Shown here: positions 1 through 14,892 of the stretch, piece after piece
How positions within the stretch are numbered: position 1 is the stretch's first letter
Layout: every line of letters begins with the position of its first letter
DNA from: the human T2T-CHM13v2.0 reference genome, Homo sapiens
NCBI RefSeq assembly: GCF_009914755.1
Contig: NC_060928.1
DNA: 64,000 nt
Reading direction: 5' to 3' (one strand)
Program-made: the position numbers and the translations under genes
Notes under the pieces: model-generated
The model's input: only the letters and a program-made list of their open reading frames with translations
The model's database searches: none
Told to the model about the DNA's origin: nothing

Positions 1-197
1 TTTTGAGCCTCCCCCAAGAATCACAAATGGTCTTAATGGCATCTAGCATGATGAATCCTTTCCAGAAGGTCTTCAATTTGCTTTGCCCAGATCCATCAGA
101 GGAATCACTATCTATGGCAGCTATAGCCTTACAAATATATTTCTTAGATAATAGGACTTGAAAATTGAAATTACTCCTTGATCCATGGGCTGCAGAG
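1..197 (-). mobile_element. Tigger1 (TcMar-Tigger) transposase fragment
   Basis: Minus-strand translation [19 protein letters not shown] is a pogo/Tigger DDE-domain motif; continues frameshifted toward base 1. Confidence 0.85.
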
Positions 198-409
198 CTT
201 TGAGTGAGGTTTTGAATGTGGGAAAGGCTTTGAATGTGGGGAAGAGATAGGCCTGGGGGAGACATGATGAAATATCAGAATACTGAAGGACAGTTGGGTG
301 AAAGAGAGCCTCAGCATGATGTAGGCAGTTTCCTGGAAGTATACTTAGAACCAATGAGGAGAAGTCACTAGGAGCATCAACATGTTGATACAATGTAAGA
401 ATGAGTTTT

Positions 410-585
410 CTATGATAACTATGTGAAGTGATATGCTAATCATTCTACACAAAATCATTATACAAAAATTGTATAAATTTAAAATGTAGAATGTGATGTT
501 TTGATAAACATCTCATCATACACTTTATACAATTTTTATTTGTTAATTATACCCCATTAAAGCTGGGAATAAACTTAAAAAAAGA
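410..585 (+). mobile_element. Old L1 (L1M) 3' end fragment
   Basis: tacaatttttatttgttaattatacc...aaagctggg followed by an A-rich tail. Confidence 0.55.
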
Positions 586-939
586 AGAGTTTTCTATCAC
601 ATACAGAGTTATCCGAAGATGGGCTGAAATGCATCAGAAATTGACCACTTCCTTGTTACTGAAGTCTTTCAAGCCTAGACTGGGCAGCTTCATCATGAGG
701 ACTGAATCATTGTCAATCCTATAATTCTTTGATCCCAATCAGCAGTGCTCTTATAAGTGCCCATCAGAATACTTGCAAAACCTACCTGCTCAAACTCCTC
801 TATTCTTAAAGCTGTTCTTCCTTTCACCAAGTTCTGAGAACTAGCAAGGGCTCTGCCCAGTGGTGTGTCATAGCACAGTACAAAACTGATGGGTCTGCAT
901 AAGAAGGCAGAATAAAGGATGCTGAGGTTAAGGGGGGGA

Positions 940-1140
940 CCTGCTTGGATTTGAACCCTGTCTCGTCACTTGCTGTGCATACATGCTGAAGTTACTCTAC
1001 CTCTCTGTGCCTTGGTTTCCTCATATATTATGCTGTACATGGGATAATATTAAAATGAAAGTGTTTTTAAGATTAATGAGATAATACATTTAAAGCCCTC
1101 AGAACAATGCCTGGCATGTTTGAGATATTCAGTAAGTGTT
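940..1140 (+). mobile_element. MIR SINE
   Basis: Core ctctctgtgccttggtttcctcat...gattaatgagataatac...agaacaatgcctggca. Confidence 0.75.
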
Positions 1141-1309
1141 TTTGTTGGCTTTATAAGCACGTCAGCAAAACTTTTTTTAACTTTTGACTTGCTCTCAGCC
1201 AAATAAGTAAAGTATTTATGCAAAAATAATCATGACAAGGTCAATAGTAGCAGCAATAGTAGTAATATATGACTGAGGCAGAATTAAATTCCAGAGCCCA
1301 TACTTTTAA

Positions 1310-1500
1310 CTACCTACTTAGGGTTAGGTACTGAGTTAGGTGCTATACTTGAATTATCTCCTTTATTCCCTAGGAAAACCTGGTAGGTAAGTGTTACTGC
1401 ATTTTATAGATGAGGAACCTGGGGCTTAGACAGATTATGTAGTTTGCCCAGTATTACCAATAAGTGCACAGAAAGGCATGATTAGAATCCAGGTCTTTTT
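1310..1500 (-). mobile_element. MIR SINE
   Basis: cattttatagatgaggaacctggggcttaga (reverse MIR core). Confidence 0.7.
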
Positions 1501-1643
1501 GTGTTTATCTTTGGAAGTATTGCTACACTTGTTTGGTAGTAATAAATAGCTCTTTTTTTAGAAATCTTGTGCTTAAGTGGCATCAGAAAAGATGATAAGT
1601 TCATTTCACCTCCCAGGTAATGTCCTTAAAATTGGCAGCTATA

Positions 1644-1936
1644 GGCCGGGCGTGGTGGCTCATGCCTGTAATCCCAGCACTCTGGGATGCCAAGACAGGC
1701 GGACCACGAGGTCAGGAGTTCGAGACCAGCTTGGCCCACATAGTGAAACCCCGGCTCTACTAAAAATACAAAAATTAGCCAGGCATGGTGAAACCCACCT
1801 GTAATCCCAGCTATTTAGGAGCCTGAGGCAGGAGAATCTCTTGAACCCAGGAGACAGATGTTGTAGTGAGCCGAGATTGCACCACTGCACTTCAGCCTAG
1901 GCGACAGAGCGAGACTCCTTCTCAAAAAAGAAAAAA
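1644..1936 (+). mobile_element. Alu (AluS-type), full length
   Basis: ggccgggcgtggtggctcatgcctgtaatccc...A tail; gcagctat on both flanks. Confidence 0.95.
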
Positions 1937-4900
1937 GCAGCTATGACGGTTACTTAAATGGGCAGTAAAATGGCATTTGAGGAATAAATGGTCAATAGGA
2001 TCCAGTATTTACAACCATAATTGATAGTGAAATTACAGACTCATAACTAAGAAAGCTTTCCTATCACTTTACAATAAATTGTGTAATCTGAAAATAATTT
2101 TAAAACAAAAAGTTATCAAGGTCCAGCTTCAGGAGAGCCAACGTGACAGCTGACCTGATGCACCGGAGTTACAACACAAGAACTGTTGCATTCCCTTGCA
2201 ATGGTGTGTCATGGGTTTGATCCACATGCACACAGAGTATATGTATTGAAAACAGTGGTGACATAATGTTCTACTTATTTTTGGATCTAGATTTCTTCAA
2301 AAACTAATGCGAGAAAAATACTCTAAAATGGATGATTTCTTCTGGCTATCCTTCAGAAAGACTGAATGAGAAAAATATGATGCTGCTAAAATAGGCCAAA
2401 ATGTTGATGAAATGTCTGTGGATATTGGAGGATATACTCAAATGTAAATTGTCTCCTTTGTCATAAAATAAGGCGAGGCTATAGGTCGAGGTATTGGCAG
2501 TTACTATGAATAGTAAATAACCATTGAAAGATTGCTTGACTTTGAAATTGATTGCAGAGATAAACATTTAAAAGTTTTCTCTCAAATTTCTAGACATGTT
2601 ATTTACCTCTCTATTCAGGTTATGTGGCCCATCTTTGTGCATTGGCAGTCTTATTACATTTTTTCTTCTCTTTTTTTCTCTTTGTGTTTTTAGTCTGTCA
2701 TTCTCTTGATCTTCTACATATGGTGTAATGAAAATATGCACAGAATGTAATCAAGAAATGTCTCATATAATTAAAAAAAACAATTTAGTGCTTCTTAACA
2801 TTGTACTAAATAGAAATTACCAACTGAGGGAAACTGATAAGAATTGACTGTGTAAATGCCTACACCCGAACCAGCATAGATATTGTTTAATAATTGGTTT
2901 TGTTTCTCATGATAAATAATGCTGCGTGACCTGTTACCCCACTTGAGAGATGCAGGAGTTAGAGATCAAAATGCTCGCTTTCTTAATGAGAAGAGCTCAA
3001 TTGAAGACTTCGGTCTGTGGCAAGGGTGCCTGCTGCCCTTTTAGCCTGAACGAAGCCAGACTTACCCACTCAGCCACCAGGAAGAGCCCACCATGCAGTT
3101 CTCTCCTGTAGGGGCAGCTCCCGTAAAACCTGTAGTATGGAGTGGAAGAGAAAGTGCACATTTTGCCCGAAGTTGGAGGAAGAGGCTTGGCTAAACATGC
3201 TCAGTTCCTTCATCACTCAGATACCCCATGAGCAAGAGGGCAGAAAAATGCCCAGGGGTTATGCTAAGGGAGCTTCCTCTACTTGGAAACGCGAAGTAAA
3301 AGAATAGGAGGGTCGGCCCTCAACAGTCAATTAGGAGATGAGGCACAGCTGAAATCTAGGACCTGTTTTAAATCTGGCTGAACACATTAGCTATATAGTA
3401 CCTGTGGTTTCCAAATACTATAGTAAATATATTGTATGTACTCGGATTACTGGAGATGCATTGTCAAAGTAGTCAAGTCAAGGACCATATTCAATATTGA
3501 AGTGGGTTTCAAAGATAATGAAACATAATAAGGACTCCAAAAATGCCACTAAAAGCAGATTCTCAATATTAGCTGTGCATCAAATTCACTTTAGTTCACT
3601 GAAAAATAACCTGTTGATTAAAATTCTGTTCCTCGTCATCATCAGGAAAGGATTTATGCTTTAAAGTTCCTATGCTATTTAATCTATTTTGCATTTCTCT
3701 GGCCATTGTGACTGAATTTCTCTTTCATGAGTAAATAGATAAGACTAAATGACAGCCATTTATAGCATCATTGCTGAGGACACAGCTGAGGGTCTGCCCA
3801 GCATGAACCACATGTTTGCAGAATGGTTGGTGGACAGCAGGTCCCAGCGTGGGATATTAGGTATGAGTGTCACCATGTGTCTCAGTAACACAGAACGGTA
3901 TCCTTGGCAATGTACTCTGTGACCTCCACAAAACATTAGATATGCTGCATCAGCTTGACTGCTGAAAATAGTAAGCCTGCCTGGCACGCATAATTCTGTG
4001 GCCATTCTGTGCTTTAACCAGTAGTCTTACAGCGAAGCTCTGACCTGAGGCATTCTGCTTATAGCACTAACAAAACTTTGCTTTCCAAGGGGTTAAAGAA
4101 ATACTTTCAAAACATGTGGCCTCACTTCCACTTAATTGCTGTAGGGACTCTCTGGTTTCAACAGGAGCCTTTGAATCTGAAGTTTAAGCCTTGCTTTTGT
4201 TCTATCAGCCCTCTTTTCCTTCAGTGATATGTTTTGCATTAGCGTTGCAGTGGAGTAGACACTAGCCTGTATTGATTTTGGTTTGCATGCTTATGCTAAG
4301 GCAGAGGTGTTAATTTTGAGGAAGAATGAATCCTGGTTTGGACCTGTGCACTTGAGGAAAGGAGGAAATTATAATTTCCACCATCTGTAACAGTGGCCCT
4401 GCTCCGAACATTTTGTGGCAAAGAAATGTTTAGTAGGTAGCTCTGGGCGGACAAGAGGGATTCAAGAATCAATAACATTTAGGCAAAGGTTAAAGACAGA
4501 AGGATGAATGGCACCGCCCAACAAAAATAGACTGATGAGAGTTATTGGCCATGGGGTGTGACTTGGAGAAACTGTCGTTTAAGGATTGGGGGAGAAAAAG
4601 GGACTCAGGAAGAGGACTGAGAAAAAGAAACAGAGAAACAGTGGAAAGTGGAGCATTCTAGCATCCATTTGAAGGAGAGTGCAGAAATAGGAGGTAATGA
4701 ACTGTGTCAAATGCAGGTAGAGATTTAGCACATTGCAAGAACTGAAAAGTGTCCCTTGGATTAGCAAGTAAGGAATGATTGTTGACCGTAAGAGGATTTG
4801 TACCAGATGGTGAGAATTGAAGTCAGATTGTGAGGGGGATCAAACAGGAGGAGAGAAATAAAGACTGTGATTATGATCAACTCTTGTGGGCAGGAGAGCT

Positions 4901-7900
4901 GAGAAAGAAGAGGAGAGAATGTGTGGCTCAGGGAGCCACACAGTCCTTGGAGGACTGTTCGTTAGGGTAGAAATGTTTTTTGTCTTGTTTATAGGACAAG
5001 GAGAAGACTGGTGAGAAAAAGATGAAGACAGAGACAGAGAAGAGAGGGGAAAATAAGTGTGAAGTCTTGGAAGTTAGGAAGGGATGACTTTGACAAGGAA
5101 GGAGAGACTTCTTTTGTCCTCGGAGCAGGGGAAAGGAGACGGAACACAGGAGTGTATAAAAAAGGAATGGAGTATTGACAGTGCCGTTTCTGGAGGCCTT
5201 GACTTTCTCAGGGCAGCAGCAGGCAAGGATGTCTGAGAGTAAGTGGGAGGGGTGTCACAGAGAGAATATGAAGAGAGAAGCAGGAGGTTGGATTTGTTGT
5301 TGAGGGGAATGGGATAAAATTATGGCCTCAGTGAGGACTCAGCTGAATTTGGAAACAATGAATTTATAAGGGAGCCAACATGTTCCACTGGGTGATCAAC
5401 AGGTTAAAAGTTTGGTGTGAGGTCCAAGAACTAGTGCATTTTGAGGGTGAGCAAGAGCCTGATGGATAATGTGTTCGGCCATGGAATATGATACTGGATT
5501 ATCTACAGTATCACTGCAGGTAATGACAAGATTCAAAGTGGGTCTCCAGAGTGGTGTGGTGCCTGGCCTCAAAGGAAGGGGAAGTAGATGGCTTTTATAG
5601 GGTTTGATGTCAAGGATGTCGAAAACCATTGCCACCTCAGAAACCTTTATTCTTATTAGGTATTTACCAGAGCCTGAAATTCCTTGAGGGGTGCCTTATA
5701 GCAAGCAGCCTTTCATTTATAGTAAACTGGAAATATATTTGAGACTGGGGATATTTTAATCTCCAATGATTTCTACCTAAGCGTGAATGAAACATGAAAG
5801 GAGCAGTTCTAAGAAATAATTATTGGTTGGTTTGTTGATAGGGGTGGGAGCAAATGGAGAGGCTGAGATGGGCACTGAGTATGAGAAAAAGAAACGTTAG
5901 CTGCTGAGCTGAATTCTGCTTTGTCAAACTTTTCTAAACACTGCTCCATCTGGAAATGTAACACAATTAACAACATCTTCACAGATGCAAGACAATGATC
6001 TTGCAAGTGCCCCACTCAAATTATTATTATAAGTTGTATAGAGATACACACAGTTCGGGGGTTTAGAAACCACAGAGAAACAAAATTTGACGATTGGCAA
6101 TACATTGGATTTAGGGGAATTACCATTGGATTTGGTTTTATATTACATTTTAGTGTCCAAGATTGCATATTTTACAATACTAGTTTTTTTTACTTAAGGA
6201 AAGAAAATATGAGACATCTTAATACCAAAAGGAAAATTAAGAGTGGAATTTGAGTGATGTGGAATTTGACAGTGAAGTAAATAAAAAGAAGGACCTCTGA
6301 GATAAGATTTTCTGGCAGAAAAAAGCAAGGCTCTTAGTAGCAAATTTTAAATGAGTAATGGTCAAGGAAAATAACGTGAAACAGATTCTCTCATAAGCTT
6401 GGATGAGAAAACACAGAAAGGAATAATGCAAGGTCAGGCTGAAATGAACTGTAATTAGAGTCTGTGAAATCGCACAACCAGAGTATTGTCACATGGTGTT
6501 TGTGTTTTGATTTCAGTATCTTGGCAGTTAGATAGGACCTAGTCAGTAATTCTTAGGTGGGTTAAGAACTTTCTAGACATAAGGCAACGGGAATGAGGAA
6601 ACTGAAAGAGGAGTCAGACGAGTGTTCAGAGGAGGCAGGCACTTCCCAAAGGCTACTGCTATTCAGTGACATCACGGAAGTACCTAATTTAGAGGTTCTT
6701 AGATCCTCAAACCAAGATATGGTTATCTACAGGAATGGGACAGTTTCTGCATTAGGGGTTATGTAGATAAGGAAAATCTCCAAGTAATGTTAGCCAGTGT
6801 AGGACTTTCAGATCTTCTCCAAACCAATGTATGGCAATCAGCCTCTCCTACCAAAACGATGGCTTTGAAGTTTACTGTCGTGTCTCCTCTTTCTATGCAC
6901 CAGTGGTGATGCCAATAAGCAGTGAATTTTCAGACAACAGAAGGCAAGAGAAAAATAGTCCATGTCTAATTGGCTTGGCTGTCACTGGAAAAAACCAATA
7001 GCTGAGAAAGTCAACAGCATCAACAATCAATTTAGAAAATCTTTTTTAAAAAATCATTGCCATCTTTTTCTAGATTTAACTATGATATGTAATCACTATG
7101 TAAAAATAAAAATTAAAAAATATATAAAGGGGCAAATAAAATCATGCATAGCAGTCCACTCAGAGACTGTTAGCATTTGGTTGACATTCCTCTAGTAATT
7201 TCTCTGTATGTTGATATGTATGTAAATGACATGGTTGAGGTTACACTGTGCATCACTTTTCCAGCCTTCATTTTCCCTGGACCTTGATCATGAGGACTTC
7301 CGTATATTGTTAAGTATTCTTCGCAAATGCTATTTTGATGGCTGTATACCCTTTTCCCACATCAATGTGCAATAAATTGCTTAACTGCATTCCTGTTGCT
7401 GGGCATTTGGGTGGTTGCTATTTTTAAGCTACTATAAATCAACTTGTGATGAGCAATACTGCACATAAACCTTCTTTTTTTCCTGATCATTTTTTAGGAC
7501 AAATTCCCAGCAGTAAAGTTGCTAGATCAAAGAAAACCCACATTTTTAAGGTTTTTGAGACGTGTTGTCAGGTCCTCCTCATAAAGGTTGTAATACACAC
7601 TTTGCATGTGTAAAGTATTATAAGGGACCCAAGGGGAGATACTGGATTATAAAAGCCAATGGCTATTAGGTCATTAGCTTAAAGAGCTATTTTTAAAGTT
7701 CTGTGTCCTGGACCTTTGCCATAAGCTCCCGTCTATAATACAATTAGGAAGACAAATCTCTCTTATATGCCATCTGTGAGGGAATTTGTGCTAAATTATT
7801 CAAACAAAACTCTTTCCTATAATGCAAACTCAGGCGGCAGGAAATATCATGGGTTTTGTTGAACTAGGTTTATTCCAGGCAGAGCTTAAGTACAGAATCA

Positions 7901-7998
7901 GGTGGGATCTGGCAGGGGTCATCAAGTAAAAGTCTCAGAAAGATAAAATGTGTTGAAGGTGTGAAGAGGACCATCTTGATTTTGACTTATATCCTTGA

Positions 7999-8332
<334 letters not shown>

Positions 8333-8539
8333 CTCTTTTCATATTTTAGGATCCAGACTCATCCCTGGGAGACAAGCACAGGCTACAAACCTATCAGCTT
8401 AACCATCATCCCTGTCATTGTTTTAATGTGTTGAATGTAAGCTATTAAGACTTCAAATGTGGCTCGAGTATTCTATTACGCTGTTTGCTTTTTGCTTTCT
8501 GGAAAACATTTATGAGACTGTGTAAGGGAGCGAAATAGG

Positions 8540-8730
8540 TTGGGCACTTGGGGGTAGGTTTAAATCCCATCTCTACCACTTGCTGGCCGTATGACCTTGG
8601 AGAAATCATTTTACCACTCTGAGCTTTAGGTTTTAATTTCCTCATCTGTCAGTTAGGAACCACTGAATTCATCTTGGAGGGCTGTTGTGAGAATGAAAAG
8701 AATAATGTCTGTGAAATACTCAGCACAATT
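8540..8730 (+). mobile_element. MIR SINE
   Basis: aatcccatctctaccacttgctggccgtatgaccttgg...ttcctcatctgt. Confidence 0.7.
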
Positions 8731-10104
8731 TCATTTCTATGGCTTTTTAAATCCTACTGATGCACTCCCAATTATGTGAAATCACACACCCACACACACA
8801 CACACAATTTATTGAGGCATATTTTGAAGTAGCAAATGATTGGAAACAACCTGTAACCTCTAAATATCTATTGGTAGAAGACTAATGTAATTATTCTGAC
8901 TAGTAGCTGTTGTTACCATGTTAAGTATGAAGACACTGACCAGATAGCATTTTTTTAAAAGCATCGCTGATTTTTAAAGGCATTGTGATTGAGAAAGTGC
9001 TGTTTTACCTGTTAGCTCTGTATTATTTCATCAGGTATGGTTTGAATGGGTAAATATCTGCCTCACCGCAAATGCAATCATTCAGTAAATATTTATTATG
9101 TGCCAGCATGGTGCTATAGTTTCACAAACCCATTACAAGTTTGAATTTTTTTAAACTGGATTCATTCAGGGGTGTATTCTTTTGGAAATAATTTTCAAAC
9201 ACTGTTTCATCATGCGGATATGACATTCTTTAGAAAGTGCTCATAGAAATCTTCTGTCATGTTTGAGAACACTCTGTACTTAGTTTGTAACTACTTGGCA
9301 TACAAATTTATATGATTGTATATAAAGCTCATATCAGGCGCATCTTGTGAGTAGTAGGAAGATGTTTAAGGTTAGGGCCTAAATATATGAGATTTTTAAA
9401 ACACATTTTGGCAAGTGTGGGTTTTATTTTTTATATGTGAAAGGAGCTGTGTCTTTTTTTCCTGGAGCTTAAATACATGAAGCAGGAATGTATCTGGTGG
9501 TAGTAGATATTTGCCTCTTGCAATGTTGAGATCGCACAATTCTAGCAGATACTCCCAGCCTGTTGATCTTATAGGAGATTCCCCTATACTTTGGGCTTCA
9601 GGTCCATCAGCTGTAATGGCCACAGTTGGTACTACAATAGCTGCCTCTAAGTAGAAGAATAACCTTTTTGGAACTATTTGTTCTCCAAGAAGAAAAAAGG
9701 CAGGTTTCTATCAGCCATTTGTTGTCATTTATTGACTTCAAATGAAAACTAACTTGCCTAGTTGGACAAAAAGAAGAATGTGTAAGATATAAAAAGGGGA
9801 TGGGATGCTCACAGTGACATTAATAAGCAATACATTTACAAAGTGTTTGTTAGTTCACCGTCTGCATAACCTGTTGATTTGTGCATATTTCTTGTGAGGT
9901 TTATGTTTGTTTTTGAACTTCTATTTGTCCAAATACATTTGACTTTAATTATTTCCAGTCTTGTGTTTCTGTATGTGTTTATGATCAAGAATGCTTTAAA
10001 CTTGCTCAATATACATTTTTTCAGACTTTTTTTAAATTTCAAAAGTAACTTATTGTTTTATCTTATTATAAAGGCAATACTTGCTTATGTCAGAAAAAAT
10101 GAAA

Positions 10105-10585
10105 ATGGTGACAACCTTTAGGGAGGACAATTTGGAAATACCTATCAAATTTTAAAAATACAGATATCCTTTGACTAAGCAACTTCTCTTCTAAGTGTTA
10201 TAATTTACAGATACACTCCCATTTATGTGAAATGACATGCATAAAGAGGTTTTCATTGCAGCATTTTTGTGGTAGCATGTGATTAAAAATAACCTAAGTG
10301 TCCATCAACAGAGAAATGGTAAAATTAGTTGTGGTCATTTATGGTTAGGATGATCATTCATCCAGGTTTGGCGGGGACAGTCTTTGTTTATGTCTGTTCT
10401 GCAGTAGTTAGGAATAGCATGCTCTTCCCTTTCAAAAGTATCTTGATTTGGCCAGTAAATTTTGTGTTTAGCCTAATTTGAGTGTAGTCTTACTATGGAA
10501 TGCCATATAATAATTTTTTTAAATGATGGCATTCTTTATCTTATCTTTGACTAATTAAAAAAAAAGCAAGATGTACCTACATTGG
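10105..10585 (+). mobile_element. Old L1 (L1M/L1ME) 3' region interrupted by a MER94-like element
   Basis: caatttggaaatacctatcaaa...ttcattgcagcattttt...aacctaagtgtccatcaaca. Confidence 0.6.
10346..10474. mobile_element. MER94-like hAT-Blackjack MITE
   Basis: aggatgatcattcatccaggtttggcggggacagtc...ttcaaaagtatcttgatttgg resembles MER94 consensus. Confidence 0.6.
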
Positions 10586-10685
10586 GTTTTAAAATATTAA
10601 AATATGGAGGAGGATGTGGAATACATATAAGGAGATTCATAAGCAGAATTGACTGTTGATAATACACTGATATGCAGATTTTCTT

Positions 10686-10898
10686 CAGTAGGCCCACTGC
10701 ATCTGAGCGTTCTGCATGTGCAACCAAATGCAGATAAAAAAATACAGCATTCCCAGGATGTTAAGCCCTCACGTATGGAGGGCCGACTTTTCCTATAGGT
10801 GAGCTCCACAGGGCTCACTGTGGGACTTGAGTACACATGGATTTTAATATACTTAGGGGTCCTGGAACCAATTCCCTGCATGTACCGAGGGATGACTG
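10686..10898 (-). mobile_element. MER2/MER8-like TcMar-Tigger MITE
   Basis: ggggtcctggaaccaattccc...gagggatgactg terminus, CAGT...ACTG ends, TA on right flank. Confidence 0.8.
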
Positions 10899-11171
10899 TA
10901 CACCAAATACTTCTGGAAATACGTATAAAAAACTGAAAATATTAGTTGTTTTAGGGCTTGGAATCTTGGTGGCTGGAGACCAGAACTAAAAGGGAAACTT
11001 TACAGTATACCCGTTTCTGTACTTTTTTAACCATGTGAATAAACTACCTATTAGGAAAGCCCAGAATTTTAGAAAGGGAGGAAAAATTATATATCTATAT
11101 AGAAAAACAACTTTAAAATTATACATCCTAGTGTTAACAGTGCTTATTCCGAATAGTTCAGTTGCAAGTGA

Positions 11172-11475
11172 TTTATTTATTTATTTACTTTTTGAGACAA
11201 GGTCTTGCTCTCTCACCCAGGCTGAAGTGTAGTGGCATGATCACAACTCACTGCAGCCTCAACCCTTTAGGCCCAAGTGATCCTCCTATCTCAGCTTCCT
11301 GAATAACCGAGACTACAGGTATGTGCCACCACACCCGGCTAGTTTTAAAATTTTTTGTAGAGATGGGGTCACCCTATGTTGCTCAGGCTGTCTTGAACTC
11401 CTGGGCTCAAGCAATCCTCTAGACTCGGCCTCCCAAAGCACTGAGATTACAAGTGTGAGCTACCACGCCTTGCCA
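11172..11475 (-). mobile_element. Alu (AluJ-type)
   Basis: tttttgagacaaggtcttgctc...ctgggctcaagcaatcctc. Confidence 0.92.
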
Positions 11476-11870
11476 CAAGTGATTTTTTTTATACACATCT
11501 TTTTGAATATTGGCATCATTTGGACTTCAGGATTAAACTTCTTCAAATTATTTTAATGCCTAACATAAGCATATACCAACGTAAGTATATACCATAATAA
11601 TTTCCAACATAAGTGTATACCATAATTCTATTTAAGCGATCTCTTGTTGTTGAACATTCATGTTGTTCCAGTTTTTCATTTTAAACAATGTTGCAATGGG
11701 CATTCTTTCATAAAAAGCTTTGTGAATGTCCATTTGTATTTCTTTAGGATAGATTCCTCAAAAAAGTGTATCTGAATCCAACAAATGCCAAATCCTAAGG
11801 CTTTTGGCACCCATTTCTATACCAGCCCTACAATGCTTACTGAATTATTTTCATGTATATCATTTTAAGA

Positions 11871-12197
11871 TGACTGGGTAATTTATAAGGAGGTTTAATT
11901 GACTCACAGTTCTGCATGCTGAGGAAGCCTCAGGAAACTTACAATCATGGCGTAGAATGAAGAGGAAGCAAAGCACATCTTACATGGCAGCAGGAGAGAG
12001 AGAAGGGGGAAGCACCAGACACTTATCAAACAACCAGATCTCGTGAGAACTCTCTCATTATCATGAGAACAGCGTAGAGGAAACTGCCCCCATGAGCCGA
12101 TCACCTCTCACCTGGACCCTCCCTTGACATGTGACGATTACAATTCAAATTACAATTCCAGATGAGATATGGGTGGGGACATAGTCAAACCATATCA
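11871..12197 (-). mobile_element. MSTA/THE1-type MaLR solo LTR, within old L1 fragments
   Basis: gactgggtaatttataag...caggaaacttacaatcatggc...gggtggggacatagtcaaaccatatca. Confidence 0.88.
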
Positions 12198-12431
12198 ATT
12201 TCTAAATCACTCTTCTAAAATATAGTATAGAACCAATTTACACCCTTGATAGCTGAATCTGAGACTGTCAACTTCTTTATATCTTCCCAACACTGGATCT
12301 TATAATTCTTATTCATCTTGGCCAATTTGATGGGTAAAACTCTTTCTCTGCTGTTGTTTTAATTAGCATTAAAATGTTTTTGGGGAGTAGGCCAAATTTC
12401 CCCCCACACATTTATTGACCATTAGTATTTC

Positions 12432-12748
12432 TTCTTTTCTTTTCTTCTTTTCCCCCTTCCCTTCCACTCCCCTCCCCTCCCCTCCTTTGATAGGGTCTCA
12501 CTTGGTTGCCCAGGCTAGAGTGAAATGAAGTCATAGCTCCCTGTAGCCTTGAACTATTGGGCTCAAGTGACCCAGTAGCTAGGATTACAGGCATGCAAAC
12601 CCACACCTGGCTAATTTTTAAATTTTTTTATAGAGACAGGGTCTCACTATGTTTTCCAGGCTGGTCTCAAACTCCTGGCCTCAAGGGATTCTCCTGCCTC
12701 AGCCTCCCAAAGCGCTGAGCTTACAAATGTGAACCACTGCACCCAGCT
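12432..12748 (-). mobile_element. Alu (AluJ-type, internal deletion) with pyrimidine-rich tail
   Basis: agggtctcac...gcctcccaaagcgctgag...ccactgcacccagc. Confidence 0.9.
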
Positions 12749-13894
12749 CTATTTATATTTCTTATGAATAAAACTAACAGAAGAAAAATGTGTGATTTTT
12801 TTTTTTTTTTAATGGGACCAAAACCTTAAAAGAAGGTTCTGGGAGAATGGAGTAGCACATATCTTGGCTTTCTTCTTTTTGCCAGTCAAGGTGCTCAGAA
12901 TAAGAGCTGTTATAGAAATGTCAAGTGTAAAATGATTATGTAAGTCTACAGGCCAGCTGCTAGGTTATATCTGACTTTGTACCTCTCAATATCAGGGCTG
13001 TTTACCACCTCCTGTTCCGTAAGAGTCTGGCCTAGTCATTGAAATTGATCGGGCATAATGTCACCACTTCTGATCCTTACGCAGTGGCATTTACTGAGGC
13101 AGGAAAGGTCTTAAAAGTTAATTGCAATTTTCTGAATTATTTTAACTCACAATAGCTTGTTGCACCCTTAAACATGAGATGGGGGAATCATTTGTGTTAG
13201 GATGGTTTTACCTTAATCTGCTTTTCAAATGGCACACTGTGTCAGATGTCTCTTGACATAGTTGTGCAGTCCATCTGGCGTACAGACGGTCATCGTTAAT
13301 GTAACAGTGATCCGCATCATGTATATGTGTCTAAACATCAAACAAATCAAACTCTTTTGATGTCCTTTTCAATCAGTCTTTAGTTTCAAAAATATTCTTT
13401 ACACTGCTGAGTGTAACAGCAAAATTGCTTTAAGTCTTTTCTCTCCTCCCCCACTGTACACTCAGTGTTTTAAGGAATTTAAAACACTTAACTGCTTCAG
13501 AGGATGCATGATAGGGGATGATTGCCTTTCTCTGGTATCCTCTTGGCATGTGTAACATACATGTAGCGGTCTGTTTGTTTCTCAATGCTTCATGGTCTGT
13601 GGTGCCTGACAAGACCCAGTCTCCATTTGAAGGCTTTTCTGTTGCTTACCAGGGCTGCAGAGGAGCTGCTTTTTAAGGGCAGTATTTCAATAGTTAACTG
13701 GGACTTTGGGGAGGCACAGCCTTCGGGGAGGGCACCACCAGGCTCATTTAATTTTCACTAGTAATGTGGTAAGGCAGGCAGGTACAATTTACATTTGACA
13801 CACAGGGTAACTGAGTTCCAGGCCTATGCATGGAGGAGACAGGATTTTAAAATTCCAAATCTCATGGGTTTTCTCACCACATCATGTGAGGTGT

Positions 13895-14815
13895 CCTATA
13901 GAACAATCCTTAAGTGAATGCGTTTCGTGTCCGTTTTCAAAGATCATGGTCAGTGTATAAAAATAGACAGTTAAATGTCCATGGAACGTGTACTGTCCCT
14001 CTCCTTCCCCTGAATCATGGCCACAAAGAAATCCTTCAAAAGATCAAAGAAAATGGAGATATTGAACAGGTCACACTCTGTGATCATGATGCAATGGGTA
14101 TAGAAATAATAACAAGAAGGCAATTTAAAAAATTTTACCCACTTGCAAATTATGAAACACACTCACTGATAACCCTGGAATCAAAAAGAAAACCAAAGAA
14201 AATATTGACATCATCACTTCCATTTTCATTGGAAGTGAAAGTTATCAGAGAAGAAAGAAAAAAGAATATTTTATTATCAAAACTTCTAAGCACAGTGAAA
14301 GAGGAAATTTTCTATTCCTTACTAAAGAATAAAGAAAAAATAGGACAAGTCATTACTCAGCTTAAGAAATAAAGAGAAACAAAATAAACCTAAAAAAACA
14401 GGAAGAAGGAATTAATAAAGATAAAAGCTGAAATTAAAGGGATAGAATAATGGATAAATAAATCCGAAAGCTGTTTCTTTGGAAAGACCAGTAAAATATA
14501 TAAATCTGTTGAAAGCCCACTTAAGGGAAAATAAGATAGCAAAAGAGTACAAACTAAAGACAAAGAAAATAAATGGCAAACCAATAAATAGAAGATAAGT
14601 TAAAATCATTTTGAGACTTGTATAAACAAACTCATGGTAAGAGGTTTGAAAACCAGCAGAAAAGGATGATTTTTCAGCAAAATATAAATGATCAAAATTG
14701 ATCCCAGAAGTAGAAACCTTGACTATACCAATTACTGTAGAAGATACTGGAAAGGTAAAGAGTTATCATTCAAAAGGATTCCAGAGCCAGACGGTTACAG
14801 AGATAACCTTTAAAG
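13895..14815 (+). mobile_element. Degenerate L1 ORF2 remnant (end of endonuclease domain onward)
   Basis: ORF 13914..14372 HGHKEIL...LCDHDAMGIEI resembles L1 EN GHK...SDHN..KLEI; A-rich L1 composition. Confidence 0.75.
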
Positions 14816-14823
14816 AAGGAAAA

Positions 14824-14846
14824 CTGTCTGTCTGTCTGTCCATTCA

Positions 14847-14892
<46 letters not shown>

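Noticed and set aside
121-393. ORF with a transposase motif as a domesticated TIGD-like gene
   Set aside because: Only ~24 aa match Tigger1 before a frameshift/stop; the rest is unrelated flank containing a short tandem duplication (FPTFK twice).
13914-14372. 152-aa ORF as a host gene
   Set aside because: Degenerate L1 ORF2 remnant with frameshifts.
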